This document shows, in pieces, positions 44,301 through 52,304 of a stretch of 57,588 nt of DNA. Both the position numbers and the translations under genes were made by a program. Each line of letters begins with the position of its first letter. Position 1 is the first letter of the stretch. The stretch spans positions 1-57,588 of the IMG/VR virus record IMGVR_UViG_3300031707_000018. One strand, written 5' to 3'. Source of the DNA: a virus (Duplodnaviria; Caudoviricetes). The notes under the pieces were generated by a model. That model made no database searches. It saw nothing but the letters and a program-made list of their open reading frames with translations, and was not told the DNA's origin.

Positions 44301-46846
44301 ATGATCTCCGCGCGGAGAGAGGTCCCGGCCTGGTACATCCTCTGCATCTCGCTGCGGGTGTACGGCGTGCCGCTGTTGCGGTGGCCCTCCTGGACCAGAC
44401 CGTACATCATGGACATGGCGCCGCTCTTCACGATCCGGTCAGCAGAGGACAAGGTGTTGTGGGTGACCCGCTCGCCGGCAATGAGGCTGATGGCCCTGTC
44501 CATCTGCCAGCCCTTGGAGCCCCACATCCCGACGCCACCGCGGGCGGCCATGGCCTCCGTCTCCGCGAAGACGGCCTTGTTGAGGATGTTGGATCCGGGG
44601 AAGACGGAGGCAGCTCCAGCTCGAACCAGCTGGAGGTTGAGGTTCTTGCCACGGTCGCCGATCAGCACGCCGACGTTGCGGGCGTAGGTCGATCCCCGTG
44701 GGTCGATGACGAGCCGCAGGCTCTGCTGCCTCTCGATCAGCTTCTCCAGGTATTCGCCGCCAGCCTTGCCGGCGAACTGATCCTGCTCGAATAGAGGCGT
44801 GGTGCCAGGTGATTTGGAGCTGGTCTCAGGTGCGTCGATGCCGGCGAGACGGACAGACACCCTGCGTGGACGAAGCTTGTGGAACAGACTCTTCCGTTCG
44901 AGCTGGACGGTGTCGGCGTCGAGGACCTTGACCTTGAACCGTTTGAGGTCCATGACCCCGACCCAGGCACTGCTGTTCAGCCCGCCGGCCTTGACCTGGG
45001 AGGCCCGCATCGTCTTGTACTCTTCGCGGGTGAGCCGCTCCTCCCTGTTCCTGGCGGAGCCGGCGGCCGTCTCCCAGATGGCCTTCAGGGCCTGCCGGCG
45101 TTCATAGGTGATCCCTTGCCTCTCCGGATACTTGACGTTGAGGGAGGAGCGCATCTGCTGAACGCGCGCGTTGTCGGCGGTGACCGGGTTGCCAAAGAGG
45201 CGTCCGGACCCGAAGTCCGTCAGGGCCCTGGCGACGCCGCGGCCGGTCGCCCCGAAGTAGATGCCCTGGATGACCATGTTGTCCGGACGGCTGGGGTCCC
45301 TGATGCCGGCGATTGGCTCCTGACGCCTGCTGGCCAGAGCTTCGCCGATCGTGATGCCGGCGAGAAGGGCAGCTGCTGCTACTTTAGTGGGGTGCTTGGT
45401 GGCGAGCGACCTGAACTTGGACGAGACCTCGCCGTAGGCCTTGCCGTAGATGTGCCGAAGACTCTCTGGCTGGCGAGCTGCAGCGCGTGCCGTACCAGCT
45501 GCGCCAGCAGCTGCGATGGCCTGCTTCTCTCCGAACACGGCGGCCCAGTTTGGGTCCAGGGCCCTGGTGGCCATCTGGGCCACTTCCTTCATCTGGGTCT
45601 TGGACTTCCATTCGATCGCAGACTTGTAGTTGTCGAAGAACTGCTTCTGGGTGTAGTTGAGCCCGTACTTGTTCATCTTGGTCCGGATCTCTTCCCAGGC
45701 ACCCTTGTAGCGTCCGGACTTGACGGTGAAGATGTCGGAGAGGATCTCTTCGTACGCCGTATCAGCCAGAGCTTCGTGGCTCGTCAGCTTACCTTCCTCG
45801 ATCAGACCCTGAGCGGCCTTCTCGAGCGTGGAACCCTTCAGCCCACTGGGCGCCAGGGCCTTCAGCAGCACATCGGCGGACCAGCCCTTGGCGTACCGGA
45901 TATCCGGGCGCTGCATACCGGCCTTGAACGCCTGGCTGCCGGCGCCAGCACCGATTCCTGTCTTGGCTCCAAGGATGTCGATGTAGCGACGATAGGCTTC
46001 GTAGCTGACGCCGGCGCCGCGGGACTTCTCCTGGAAGAACTTCTTGAAGCCCTGGTGGTGCTCCATGATCTTGTCGTAGCTGAGCTTGTCGATCTCGTCG
46101 ACCGACAGCTTGCCCGACTTGATCTGGTTGCGGACGTCCTTGCTGATCTGGCCAAGGGTGAAGAATTCCTTGCCGCCCCTCTTGCCCTGCATAGCGGACT
46201 CTTGGGCGGCGAGGTACATGAACTTGTGAACCCCGGAAGCCATGTCCTCGATCTGACCCCGCTGCCGGGCGAAGTTCACGGCCTTGACCCAACGCTGGTG
46301 AACGGCCGGATTGGTCCGGGCGGCCGCTTCGCTCATCATCAGCATGTCGAAGTCGATGTTCCAGCCGCGGATCTTGTGGCCGCCCTTCAGGTACCCGGTC
46401 ATCTTAGAGACTAAGTCCGACTCCTTGGCCAGGATGTCGCTACGACCGGCGATGGCGTGCCGGGTCATCTCGACGTGCCGGTTGAGGACTCCGTAGAGGA
46501 CGTTGTCCCTGTTCTTGTAGCCGGTCTGCCACCGGGTGCCATGAGGACCCACGGACTCGAGGATGTTGGCGGCCGTGTCGGCGGTGATCTCACCGGCGTC
46601 ATAGGCCTTGACCGTCTTCTCGAGCCCATGGGTGTAGCGGACGTAGGCGTTCTTGGTACCTTGCTCACGGAGGGCGAACTGGGAGATGCCGACGTCGCCG
46701 CGGACCCCCGGAGCGAAGGCCTGCATGAGGCCCGTGGTCTCCAGGTCGAAGACAAAGGTCTTCGGAGCCGACGAGGGTGGCGCAAGACTGCTGGGAAGCA
46801 GCGGGGAAGCCTTGCCGGATGCGCCAGGGATCAGCGGGTGCATCAA
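41321..46846 (-). CDS. Multidomain (polyvalent) protein: DEDDh 3'-5' exonuclease, thermonuclease (SNase) and glycine-zipper segments
   Basis: FVFDLETTG, GWNIDFD, SHEALAD; VLDADTV, VRLAGIDAPET, TYARNV, NLNLQLVRAGAA, AARGGVGMW; ATG start probably 46843. Confidence 0.85.
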   Translation of the reverse strand: MMHPLIPGASGKASPLLPSSLAPPSSAPKTFVFDLETTGLMQAFAPGVRGDVGISQFALREQGTKNAYVRYTHGLEKTVKAYDAGEITADTAANILESVGPHGTRWQTGYKNRDNVLYGVLNRHVEMTRHAIAGRSDILAKESDLVSKMTGYLKGGHKIRGWNIDFDMLMMSEAAARTNPAVHQRWVKAVNFARQRGQIEDMASGVHKFMYLAAQESAMQGKRGGKEFFTLGQISKDVRNQIKSGKLSVDEIDKLSYDKIMEHHQGFKKFFQEKSRGAGVSYEAYRRYIDILGAKTGIGAGAGSQAFKAGMQRPDIRYAKGWSADVLLKALAPSGLKGSTLEKAAQGLIEEGKLTSHEALADTAYEEILSDIFTVKSGRYKGAWEEIRTKMNKYGLNYTQKQFFDNYKSAIEWKSKTQMKEVAQMATRALDPNWAAVFGEKQAIAAAGAAGTARAAARQPESLRHIYGKAYGEVSSKFRSLATKHPTKVAAAALLAGITIGEALASRRQEPIAGIRDPSRPDNMVIQGIYFGATGRGVARALTDFGSGRLFGNPVTADNARVQQMRSSLNVKYPERQGITYERRQALKAIWETAAGSARNREERLTREEYKTMRASQVKAGGLNSSAWVGVMDLKRFKVKVLDADTVQLERKSLFHKLRPRRVSVRLAGIDAPETSSKSPGTTPLFEQDQFAGKAGGEYLEKLIERQQSLRLVIDPRGSTYARNVGVLIGDRGKNLNLQLVRAGAASVFPGSNILNKAVFAETEAMAARGGVGMWGSKGWQMDRAISLIAGERVTHNTLSSADRIVKSGAMSMMYGLVQEGHRNSGTPYTRSEMQRMYQAGTSLRAEIMSRRNSQIKKDGYLPGIRKPVSGWHIAGYGINPSRMEGGNVSDFGSGYDVSKRSWQALAGYLNKANLSWGQYAEGLSYFESRNQKNRLYTKLVQASSRIKVPESVGLAMADAAGSVYLEHAVLGNFVDAATGNLVVNPGRARAMIKSSIKNRGISTPGSLPGWDPRFGSTNNSGVPSPSLAKDVRNLIALGRKHKTELGPMLHECIRFGQDNPDEVLVDWAKKGWEDLQRSHKEVLHTPPATPTATNAAIPKGESVKAQALVRTPEASPPKLQGVSDMALVTNQQLENVAIAQTQKKVLLQPRTATVPIPETMPPKMALPAPGPGTPQIRAMKDATNAASKEAVANAAGVTKGVKAASATHLKIGGGIAIGLGALWLGYSMFRGPRRDEQISAGMAMGPAYRSPNEFMAMQPYGAFHSSSKPGEWAEFQQGADPSDDSGKTFMMLGLQAAWTFFGESKTPLHRVWDHYYEAKGIAGPADRMGIREVSRFQTRLEKGLKKMGYSDAEVQVWNNARKTKKGFIAKLSKNLEDKNPIEKITEGWKGIPSRMMEWTKNKTSGLTKNFVQKATTWMKNFAIGPVASSYGLDVNKYLQLKEKGLLKAYVKRGAVVGGGEKWGRAGATKFKHASAFRQKVDAAKYLYKNLVKNPASWQAKVEGMGAILNNVGNLEQMMGAHIGASADKVKAIARIENSFTRIGGRLSAMEAKNPIFAAKMGKRMKYITGAGNKLSKFGVSKIGRFAGKVPGLNLAMGVVDGLSIMDQYDNAAAGFAIETTASTVNMTIQMAGLKVGIAAGAATAAAAGAALGSVVPGAGTVVGGVVGALAWVVGFAATMIGSMILGEVAAYGTRKAGQFTLNSRPKRTASPTEPIGQDQLFPAGGFSAIREDGLGPLQQFHAIDNARQDLSPFGGAYNPIRAQNINTRTLQISDSKRNIVSRPDAPRPISQFTPTSGLVNYVLWNSRHNSRVRSVVERYSHAHRRPSRDRNRSRMMARAA

Positions 46847-46852
46847 GCCCCT

Positions 46853-47749
46853 CTATTCACGGATCAGGAATCCCGTCTTCGGGTCCCGCTTCACTTCGTG
46901 CACTTGCCGGTGCCCTTCCCTCCCTGGGGCTTCTTGGCCTTCGGCTTCGGTGGGAGCTTGGTGTTCGGGACGAACGACTGGCCCAGCTTGCTCGGCTTGG
47001 CCGCGTGCGTCCATCCCCCGATCCCCTTGATTCCCATTTGGAAGCTCGGGAATGGTGCTGGCATGGTTTGGTGCCTCCACGACCGTGAACTCGGCGTCTA
47101 GCTCCTGACGATGCTCGATGAGCCTCTTCTGGCCATCCTCCACGCCCTTGTTGGCCAGCTTCATCTTCTCCCGCAGGCGCTGGAGGACCTCCGTTGGGCT
47201 GAGGCGCTTGCGCGCGTCCTCCTTGGACTTCTCCTTGCGGGTGGCCATGAGGTCGGTCTGCAGGGCCTGGTTGCGCTTCTGGAGCGTGTCGATGATGCCG
47301 ATGGCCGGGTGGGCCTTCTGCTCCATGACCGCAGCGCCTTCGGGAGTGAAGCCGCGGAAGGAGTCCACCACGATGTCCGACCGTCCAAGCGCCTCGGCCG
47401 CCCGCTTGATTAAGACGCCGTTGAGGGCGATCGCCCCGATCTGCCATCGGTCGAAGACGTCGTCGGGCTTGATGTCGAGCTCCCTGGCCATACCTTGGGC
47501 CCAGGTGTTGATCAGGTTGAGCTCGATGAAGCACATCCTCCCGATCGGGAGGGGCTTGCCCATCCGGACCAGAGGGCAATCGGTGTGCTCGTGACAGCTG
47601 GGCCCGGTGCAGATCTTCGGGGTGAACTTGGACATGCCGGCCTGGTGGGACCGGAAGTACTCGGCGATCTGACCCAGCTCCACCTCGTTGAAGGTTGGCA
47701 GCAGGTATCCGGTCGGGACCATCAGGGCTTCGGTCTTCACTTCGGCCAT
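46853..47749 (-). CDS. Probable terminase small subunit
   Basis: Cys cluster CTGPSC...CPL...CFIE, then KAHPAIGIIDTLQKR...LMATRKEK resembling P27-type TerS C-terminal motif; upstream of terL. Confidence 0.5.
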   Translation of the reverse strand: MAEVKTEALMVPTGYLLPTFNEVELGQIAEYFRSHQAGMSKFTPKICTGPSCHEHTDCPLVRMGKPLPIGRMCFIELNLINTWAQGMARELDIKPDDVFDRWQIGAIALNGVLIKRAAEALGRSDIVVDSFRGFTPEGAAVMEQKAHPAIGIIDTLQKRNQALQTDLMATRKEKSKEDARKRLSPTEVLQRLREKMKLANKGVEDGQKRLIEHRQELDAEFTVVEAPNHASTIPELPNGNQGDRGMDARGQAEQAGPVVRPEHQAPTEAEGQEAPGREGHRQVHEVKRDPKTGFLIRE

Positions 47750-48000
47750 AGTGTGCTGCCATCCTTGGTCTTGATGCCCCGCTCGAGGACCGTCAACCCA
47801 AGGTCCTCGAGGTCGATCGCGCAGAGCTTCAGGGCCGAGTCGAAGATGTCGCAGTGCTCACCCGGGTGGTAGAAGCAGTCGAGCTGCTTGAACCTGCGGT
47901 CCAGCTCCGGCTTGAGCTGGAGCAGCTGGGCCCTACAGCCCGGATTCATGAGCATCCGCTCAAGACTTCTCAGCGAGACCGAGCTCACGAAGCTTGGCAT
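47737..48000 (-). CDS. Hypothetical protein (start uncertain, possibly ATG near 47955)
   Basis: Fills the gap between flanking minus-strand genes. Confidence 0.45.
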   Translation of the reverse strand: MPSFVSSVSLRSLERMLMNPGCRAQLLQLKPELDRRFKQLDCFYHPGEHCDIFDSALKLCAIDLEDLGLTVLERGIKTKDGSTLWPK

Positions 48001-48280
48001 CCATGACCCCCTTCAGACCCACCTTCTCCAGCTCGGCACCGGTGGCCTTCAGGGTGTCGGCCACGACGGCCCGCGCCGGGGTGCCTTCGGTCTTGGTCTT
48101 GATGGTGTCAAGGGCTTTGGCACACTCGGTGTTCAGCTTGCCGGCTTCCTCCGCGGCGCCCTTCCAGTCGCCGGCCTTCAGCTTGAAGATGATGGCGATG
48201 ATGACGCTGAGGATGGTCAGGATCAACAGGACGAGGTTCAGGATCGTGCCGATGTCGGTTAGTTCGATCGCCAGGACCAC
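47960..48280 (-). CDS. Small membrane protein (holin-like or lysis accessory)
   Basis: Single N-terminal TM ILNLVLLILTILSVIIAIIF; AGGAGGT RBS. Confidence 0.6.
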   Translation of the reverse strand: MVLAIELTDIGTILNLVLLILTILSVIIAIIFKLKAGDWKGAAEEAGKLNTECAKALDTIKTKTEGTPARAVVADTLKATGAELEKVGLKGVMDAKLRELGLAEKS

Positions 48281-48394
48281 AGATCACCTCCTGCCCCATG
48301 GGGGCCTCGAAGGAACGACAGACACACCCTGGGTAATGGCACCCAAAGCGATCGTGCCGCGACTCAGGGTGTCCGCAAGTGCAGCAGCGGTCGC

Positions 48395-48733
48395 TCACGA
48401 CGCTTTGTGCTTGTCCAGGGCCGTCTCGAACTTGAGCTTCAGGATCTCGTCCGGGATCTTGGCCGCGGCCGGTACGTAGGCCTTGAGCAGCTCGAGAGCC
48501 TTGGCCATCTTGGCCGGACCCTTCGGGGCCACACCATCCTTGTCGTTCCAGTGTGCCGCCCACCACTCCACCCATTCGACTACCTGGGGAACCATCGCGG
48601 AGATGAGGTTCTCCAGGTGGAGCTGCTGCACCCACTTCTGCTTGAGCAGCCACGACAGGAAGAACGGAGAGATGGCCGCCAGGATGGCCGCCAGGCCCAC
48701 GAAGACGATGGTCAGGATGATCGTCCAGTCCAT
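48395..48733 (-). CDS. Holin-like protein (LL-H type)
   Basis: N-terminal TM, then VVEWVE...KGPAKMAKALELL...ILKLKFETAL pattern; AGGAGG RBS. Confidence 0.65.
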   Translation of the reverse strand: MDWTIILTIVFVGLAAILAAISPFFLSWLLKQKWVQQLHLENLISAMVPQVVEWVEWWAAHWNDKDGVAPKGPAKMAKALELLKAYVPAAAKIPDEILKLKFETALDKHKAS

Positions 48734-48902
48734 GATTCCCTCCTAACTACACGTGGGGAACGGCGGCCGACGCTCGCCGTTAGCCGATGAGCGGGTCGAG
48801 CCCGCGCGATTGGCCGTCCTAACCGGCCAGGACGGCGGCCGGAGGAGCATCCATGCCGAGATGCCCAACAGCAACCGGTTGGCCCACGGCTATCTTGCCG
48901 CA

Positions 48903-49088
48903 CTACGTCGGCACGTTCCCCTGCTTCGATTCTCGGCCTGAAGGGTGGGGTGTGTCAAGGTTAATGTGGATGGGCTTGTAGATCTTGCCGCAGCTGGCAC
49001 ACCGGTGCCAGAACCCGGGCTCGTCTTCGTTGAAGAAGACGTTGAAGATCAGCGACCCACAGTTCTGGCACTTATCTGGCGTATCCAT
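48903..49088 (-). CDS. Zn-ribbon protein
   Basis: CQNCG...CASCG. Confidence 0.6.
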   Translation of the reverse strand: MDTPDKCQNCGSLIFNVFFNEDEPGFWHRCASCGKIYKPIHINLDTPHPSGRESKQGNVPT

Positions 49089-49213
49089 GGTGGAAGCCCC
49101 TCGGCCCAGCTCCCTCGGGGCCCGCCGGGCTCGGCGCTTAGACTAGACCGTTGGAGCGGTCGAGGTCGTAGCAGCCTGCTTGCGTAGCCCCGTGGTGAGC
49201 TGGGCCGAAGGTC

Positions 49214-49432
49214 CTACAAGTCGATTCTCCGTCCCGACCGAAGCTCCTTGCCCCTCTTGGGGAACTGCTTACCTCTGGTGTAGGAGTCCCGAAGTCGGCT
49301 CATGTGACGCTCGATAGCCAACTTGATTTGGCCGGCCAAGGTGGCATCATGACCACGGGACTGAAGGTACACCACGGCATCCTTCAGATCCTCGAGGAGC
49401 TCCTCGGGCAGCTGGATGGTGAGCTTCTTCAT
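49214..49432 (-). CDS. Ribbon-helix-helix DNA-binding protein
   Basis: MKKLTIQLPEELLEDLKDAV...TLAGQIKLAIE. Confidence 0.7.
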   Translation of the reverse strand: MKKLTIQLPEELLEDLKDAVVYLQSRGHDATLAGQIKLAIERHMSRLRDSYTRGKQFPKRGKELRSGRRIDL

Positions 49433-49728
49433 TCGATCTCCACGAGCTGACGCCCGGCGATCGTGATCTGCCAGCCGAGGCAGTCGTCCTTCTTGACCAC
49501 CCGCCCCATGCCCTTCTCGAACTCCTTGTGCAGGCAGTGAGCCTTCTCCACGAGCTTGGCTCGGAGGAGTTCTCTGAGGAGCCTCCTCACAAGCCTCAGC
49601 TTCTCGTCCAGGTGGCTCTTACGCTTCCAGGCAGCATAGGCGACCCAGGCAGCGTTCACCGGCGCCGGCTCCAACGCCAGCGCCTTCAGTACGGAAGCGG
49701 ACTTGCCGTTCAAGACTTGAGCTTCCAA
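49429..49728 (-). CDS. Hypothetical protein, possibly winged-helix
   Basis: VLKAL...VRRLLRELLRAKLVEK...WQITIAGRQL. Confidence 0.55.
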   Translation of the reverse strand: MEAQVLNGKSASVLKALALEPAPVNAAWVAYAAWKRKSHLDEKLRLVRRLLRELLRAKLVEKAHCLHKEFEKGMGRVVKKDDCLGWQITIAGRQLVEIE

Positions 49729-50327
49729 GCTTCACCCTCCTTCTCGACGTACGACTCCTTCCTCCAGCCGGTGATCTCGCTGAAGGCATACTCCCAGACC
49801 TCATCGACGGAGATGTCCTCGATGGACACCCCGGAACCGTACTTGATGACCATGATGTCCTTGATCATGAGGGCTGCTTGGGGCGCCTGCAGGACGATCG
49901 CCGCGAACTTCTGACCAAGAACGAAGGCCGTCTTGTCGTTCACGGCGGTGACAATGCTCCCCTTGCCATCGGGAAGGTTGTCGCTGTTCTGTATGCCCTC
50001 GCCGATCTCCCAGCTGATCCCGTAGATCCAGGGCTGCTCGACGCCAGGCCCCTCCTTGGTGTCGAAGGTGATGACTTTGACCTCAGCCGGAGACAGGGCC
50101 GGAACGGTCTTCAACTTACCGGCTGCTGGGGCTCCGATCACCGCCTCATGCTCCTCGGCGTCGGCCTCCCAGTTGAAGAACTTGCTCCCTTGGAGCATCT
50201 TCATGCCCATGTGATAAGCCTTGTCGATGGCCTCCTGGGCATCGTCCGCCGGGTTGAACTTCTGGTTCGCCAGACAGTTCAGCAGGTGCTCGAAGAAGTC
50301 CTTGGAGATGATCATGGGCTTGTTCAT
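49710..50327 (-). CDS. Hypothetical protein
   Basis: 205 aa, AGGAGGT RBS; contains a short YGSGVSIEDISVDE segment resembling the tube C-terminal motif. Confidence 0.65.
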   Translation of the reverse strand: MNKPMIISKDFFEHLLNCLANQKFNPADDAQEAIDKAYHMGMKMLQGSKFFNWEADAEEHEAVIGAPAAGKLKTVPALSPAEVKVITFDTKEGPGVEQPWIYGISWEIGEGIQNSDNLPDGKGSIVTAVNDKTAFVLGQKFAAIVLQAPQAALMIKDIMVIKYGSGVSIEDISVDEVWEYAFSEITGWRKESYVEKEGEAWKLKS

Positions 50328-50360
50328 GTCGATCTGACCTCCTGCAAACTGAGATTCGTG

Positions 50361-50705
50361 TTAGGTGAGATCCTCGGAGCGCTCCCTACCGTGAGATGCC
50401 TTGTCGGCATCGTAGTCCCTGGCCAGGATCGTAGGGGGTTCGCCGCCAGCTTCAGTTGGAGGTGCGGCCTTCAGGTCCATGATGCACTTGAGGCACTTCT
50501 TCAATGACTTGCCGCCACAACCCGTGGTGATCCACTTCTTTGTCATCAGCTTGATCACTTCGGAACCGGGGTTGACAGTGAGGGCCACCTCTATCCCACC
50601 GACGATGAAGTTGAACTCCATCGGTAGGATCTGGTTGATGAGGTCCTCCTCGATCGCCTTCGCCATCTTGTTCAGGTGCTCTTTGGCCACGTCGTTGATG
50701 TTCAT
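50361..50705 (-). CDS. Hypothetical protein
   Basis: 114 aa, AAGGGGA RBS. Confidence 0.55.
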   Translation of the reverse strand: MNINDVAKEHLNKMAKAIEEDLINQILPMEFNFIVGGIEVALTVNPGSEVIKLMTKKWITTGCGGKSLKKCLKCIMDLKAAPPTEAGGEPPTILARDYDADKASHGRERSEDLT

Positions 50706-50923
50706 CTTTGTCCCCTTACCTTGAACACGGCGACCAGGATGGCCGTCAAGTACAGGACTCCATCACACCACCTTGGCAGATCCAGGAAGACCGGAAGCAA
50801 GATCCCGGAGAGGAACACGAGAACCCAGACCCATTCAAGAAGCGGGTTCCGCTCCGGGCGCCTCATCGGAATTGGATCCAGCGGGTGGCCTCTCGTCCAT
50901 CCCGGCCGTGATTCTCGCCACAC
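50702..50923 (-). CDS. Possible small membrane protein (start uncertain)
   Basis: Two hydrophobic segments; ATGA overlap with the downstream gene. Confidence 0.4.
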   Translation of the reverse strand: MWRESRPGWTRGHPLDPIPMRRPERNPLLEWVWVLVFLSGILLPVFLDLPRWCDGVLYLTAILVAVFKVRGQR

Positions 50924-51395
50924 AGATGAACTCCCTATAGAGCTGGTTGATGAACATGGAACCCATCACCTTCCCGCCACCGTTCAGGTATCCCCTGTAC
51001 CAGAGATCCAACTGCTCCTTGAGCTCCATGGGCCTAGGATGCGTGACCAGATCTTCCAGGGCCCGTTGGGCCATCCGGACGAACTCATCCTGGATGGCGT
51101 CATGATCTTGCCGAGGGGTGGGGATGTCAAAGCCCTCCTGCTCCATGACGAACGGCCCAATGCTCGCCATCTCCATTCCGGGGAGCACTTCCGGCCAGTC
51201 CTCACGGCAGACCTGGATCATGAAGCAGCGGCGGGTGAAGTCCTCGCGCACACCCACGATCGTCGCCCCGCGGATCTCTTCCGGCAGGATAGGAAGCGTA
51301 GCGCGCTGATGCTTCTTCCAGTCGAAGATCGAGACCAGCTGCTCCGGCGTGATGCACCAGAGCATGCTCCGCTTGAGCAGTTCTTTGAGCTCCAT
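50835..51395 (-). CDS. Hypothetical protein
   Basis: 186 aa, starts 1 nt after the upstream stop. Confidence 0.6.
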   Translation of the reverse strand: MELKELLKRSMLWCITPEQLVSIFDWKKHQRATLPILPEEIRGATIVGVREDFTRRCFMIQVCREDWPEVLPGMEMASIGPFVMEQEGFDIPTPRQDHDAIQDEFVRMAQRALEDLVTHPRPMELKEQLDLWYRGYLNGGGKVMGSMFINQLYREFICVARITAGMDERPPAGSNSDEAPGAEPAS

Positions 51396-51396
51396 G

Positions 51397-52302
51397 CTAC
51401 TTCTCCTCTTCCTTCTTCCACTCGGAAGCCAGCCGCTTGGCCTTGACCATGAGCTTCTCTCGGCCCCTGTCCTCCCGGGCCTTCTGCTCGTTCCAGAGGT
51501 CCTCGTCGACGATCTCCTCGATGTGCTTCTCGACCAGGTTCACGAGGAATTCGGGAGGCAGTGCGTCGAGTTCCCACGACTGGTCTCCGTACTTCCGTTC
51601 GTAGCCGGCGAACCGGACATCGGTGACCTTGGCCGGGTTGGGAGGAGGCTGCAGCTCATCTACCTGGTCCATGGTGAGGGCAATGCGCTTCAGCTCCACG
51701 TGGTCGTCGAAGATGCCGAGCCTGTTGGCTATGTCCCGACTCATGTCGATCCCGGAAGGGTCGTGGTCGCCAAGGTGAAGGATCACGATGTCCTGCCCCT
51801 CGTCCTCGGCCCACTTGATGTGCCTCTGGGCGTCTCGCCACAGCTCGGACTGGGAGACGTACCCGCGGCAGCTCAAGTATGGCACGTCCCACTTCTGGCA
51901 GGGCCCGGCGATGACGTCGACTAAGGCGTCCTTCTCGATCCAGACCTCCACCCGCGTCTTCTGATCCTTCCACTTGTCGACGGCGAACTGGCTGGCGGCT
52001 GAGATCAGGATGTCGGCCGGTGAGTTCCAGTGGGGAGAGATCCGGCAGTGCCTCGTGCGATCGCAGATGGCGTCCCAGGGGATGACGCCGGCAAGGCGCC
52101 CGTCAGAGATGATCCCTCCCAGCCTCTTGTAGTTCCGCTCGTTGTTGGCCAGCCAACCGCGCGCTACGAACTGGTAGTACAGCTGCCGCAACGTCAGGTC
52201 GAAGCCCTTCGCGGCATACTCACCCATGATCTCCAGGGCCTGCTTGAGCACGGCCTTGGAGTCGGCGCGGAACTTCACCCATGTGTACTGTTGAACGTGC
52301 AT
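51397..52302 (-). CDS. Topo VI-A/Spo11/JetD-like winged-helix + TOPRIM protein
   Basis: LTLRQLYYQ, IPWDAICDRTR, VEVWIEKDAL, ILHLGDHDPSGIDM, RIALT, WELDAL. Confidence 0.8.
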   Translation of the reverse strand: MHVQQYTWVKFRADSKAVLKQALEIMGEYAAKGFDLTLRQLYYQFVARGWLANNERNYKRLGGIISDGRLAGVIPWDAICDRTRHCRISPHWNSPADILISAASQFAVDKWKDQKTRVEVWIEKDALVDVIAGPCQKWDVPYLSCRGYVSQSELWRDAQRHIKWAEDEGQDIVILHLGDHDPSGIDMSRDIANRLGIFDDHVELKRIALTMDQVDELQPPPNPAKVTDVRFAGYERKYGDQSWELDALPPEFLVNLVEKHIEEIVDEDLWNEQKAREDRGREKLMVKAKRLASEWKKEEEK

Positions 52303-52304
52303 GG

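Noticed and set aside
46857-47762. 301-aa alternative-frame ORF over the TerS-like gene
   Set aside because: Arg/Gly/Pro-rich off-frame composition
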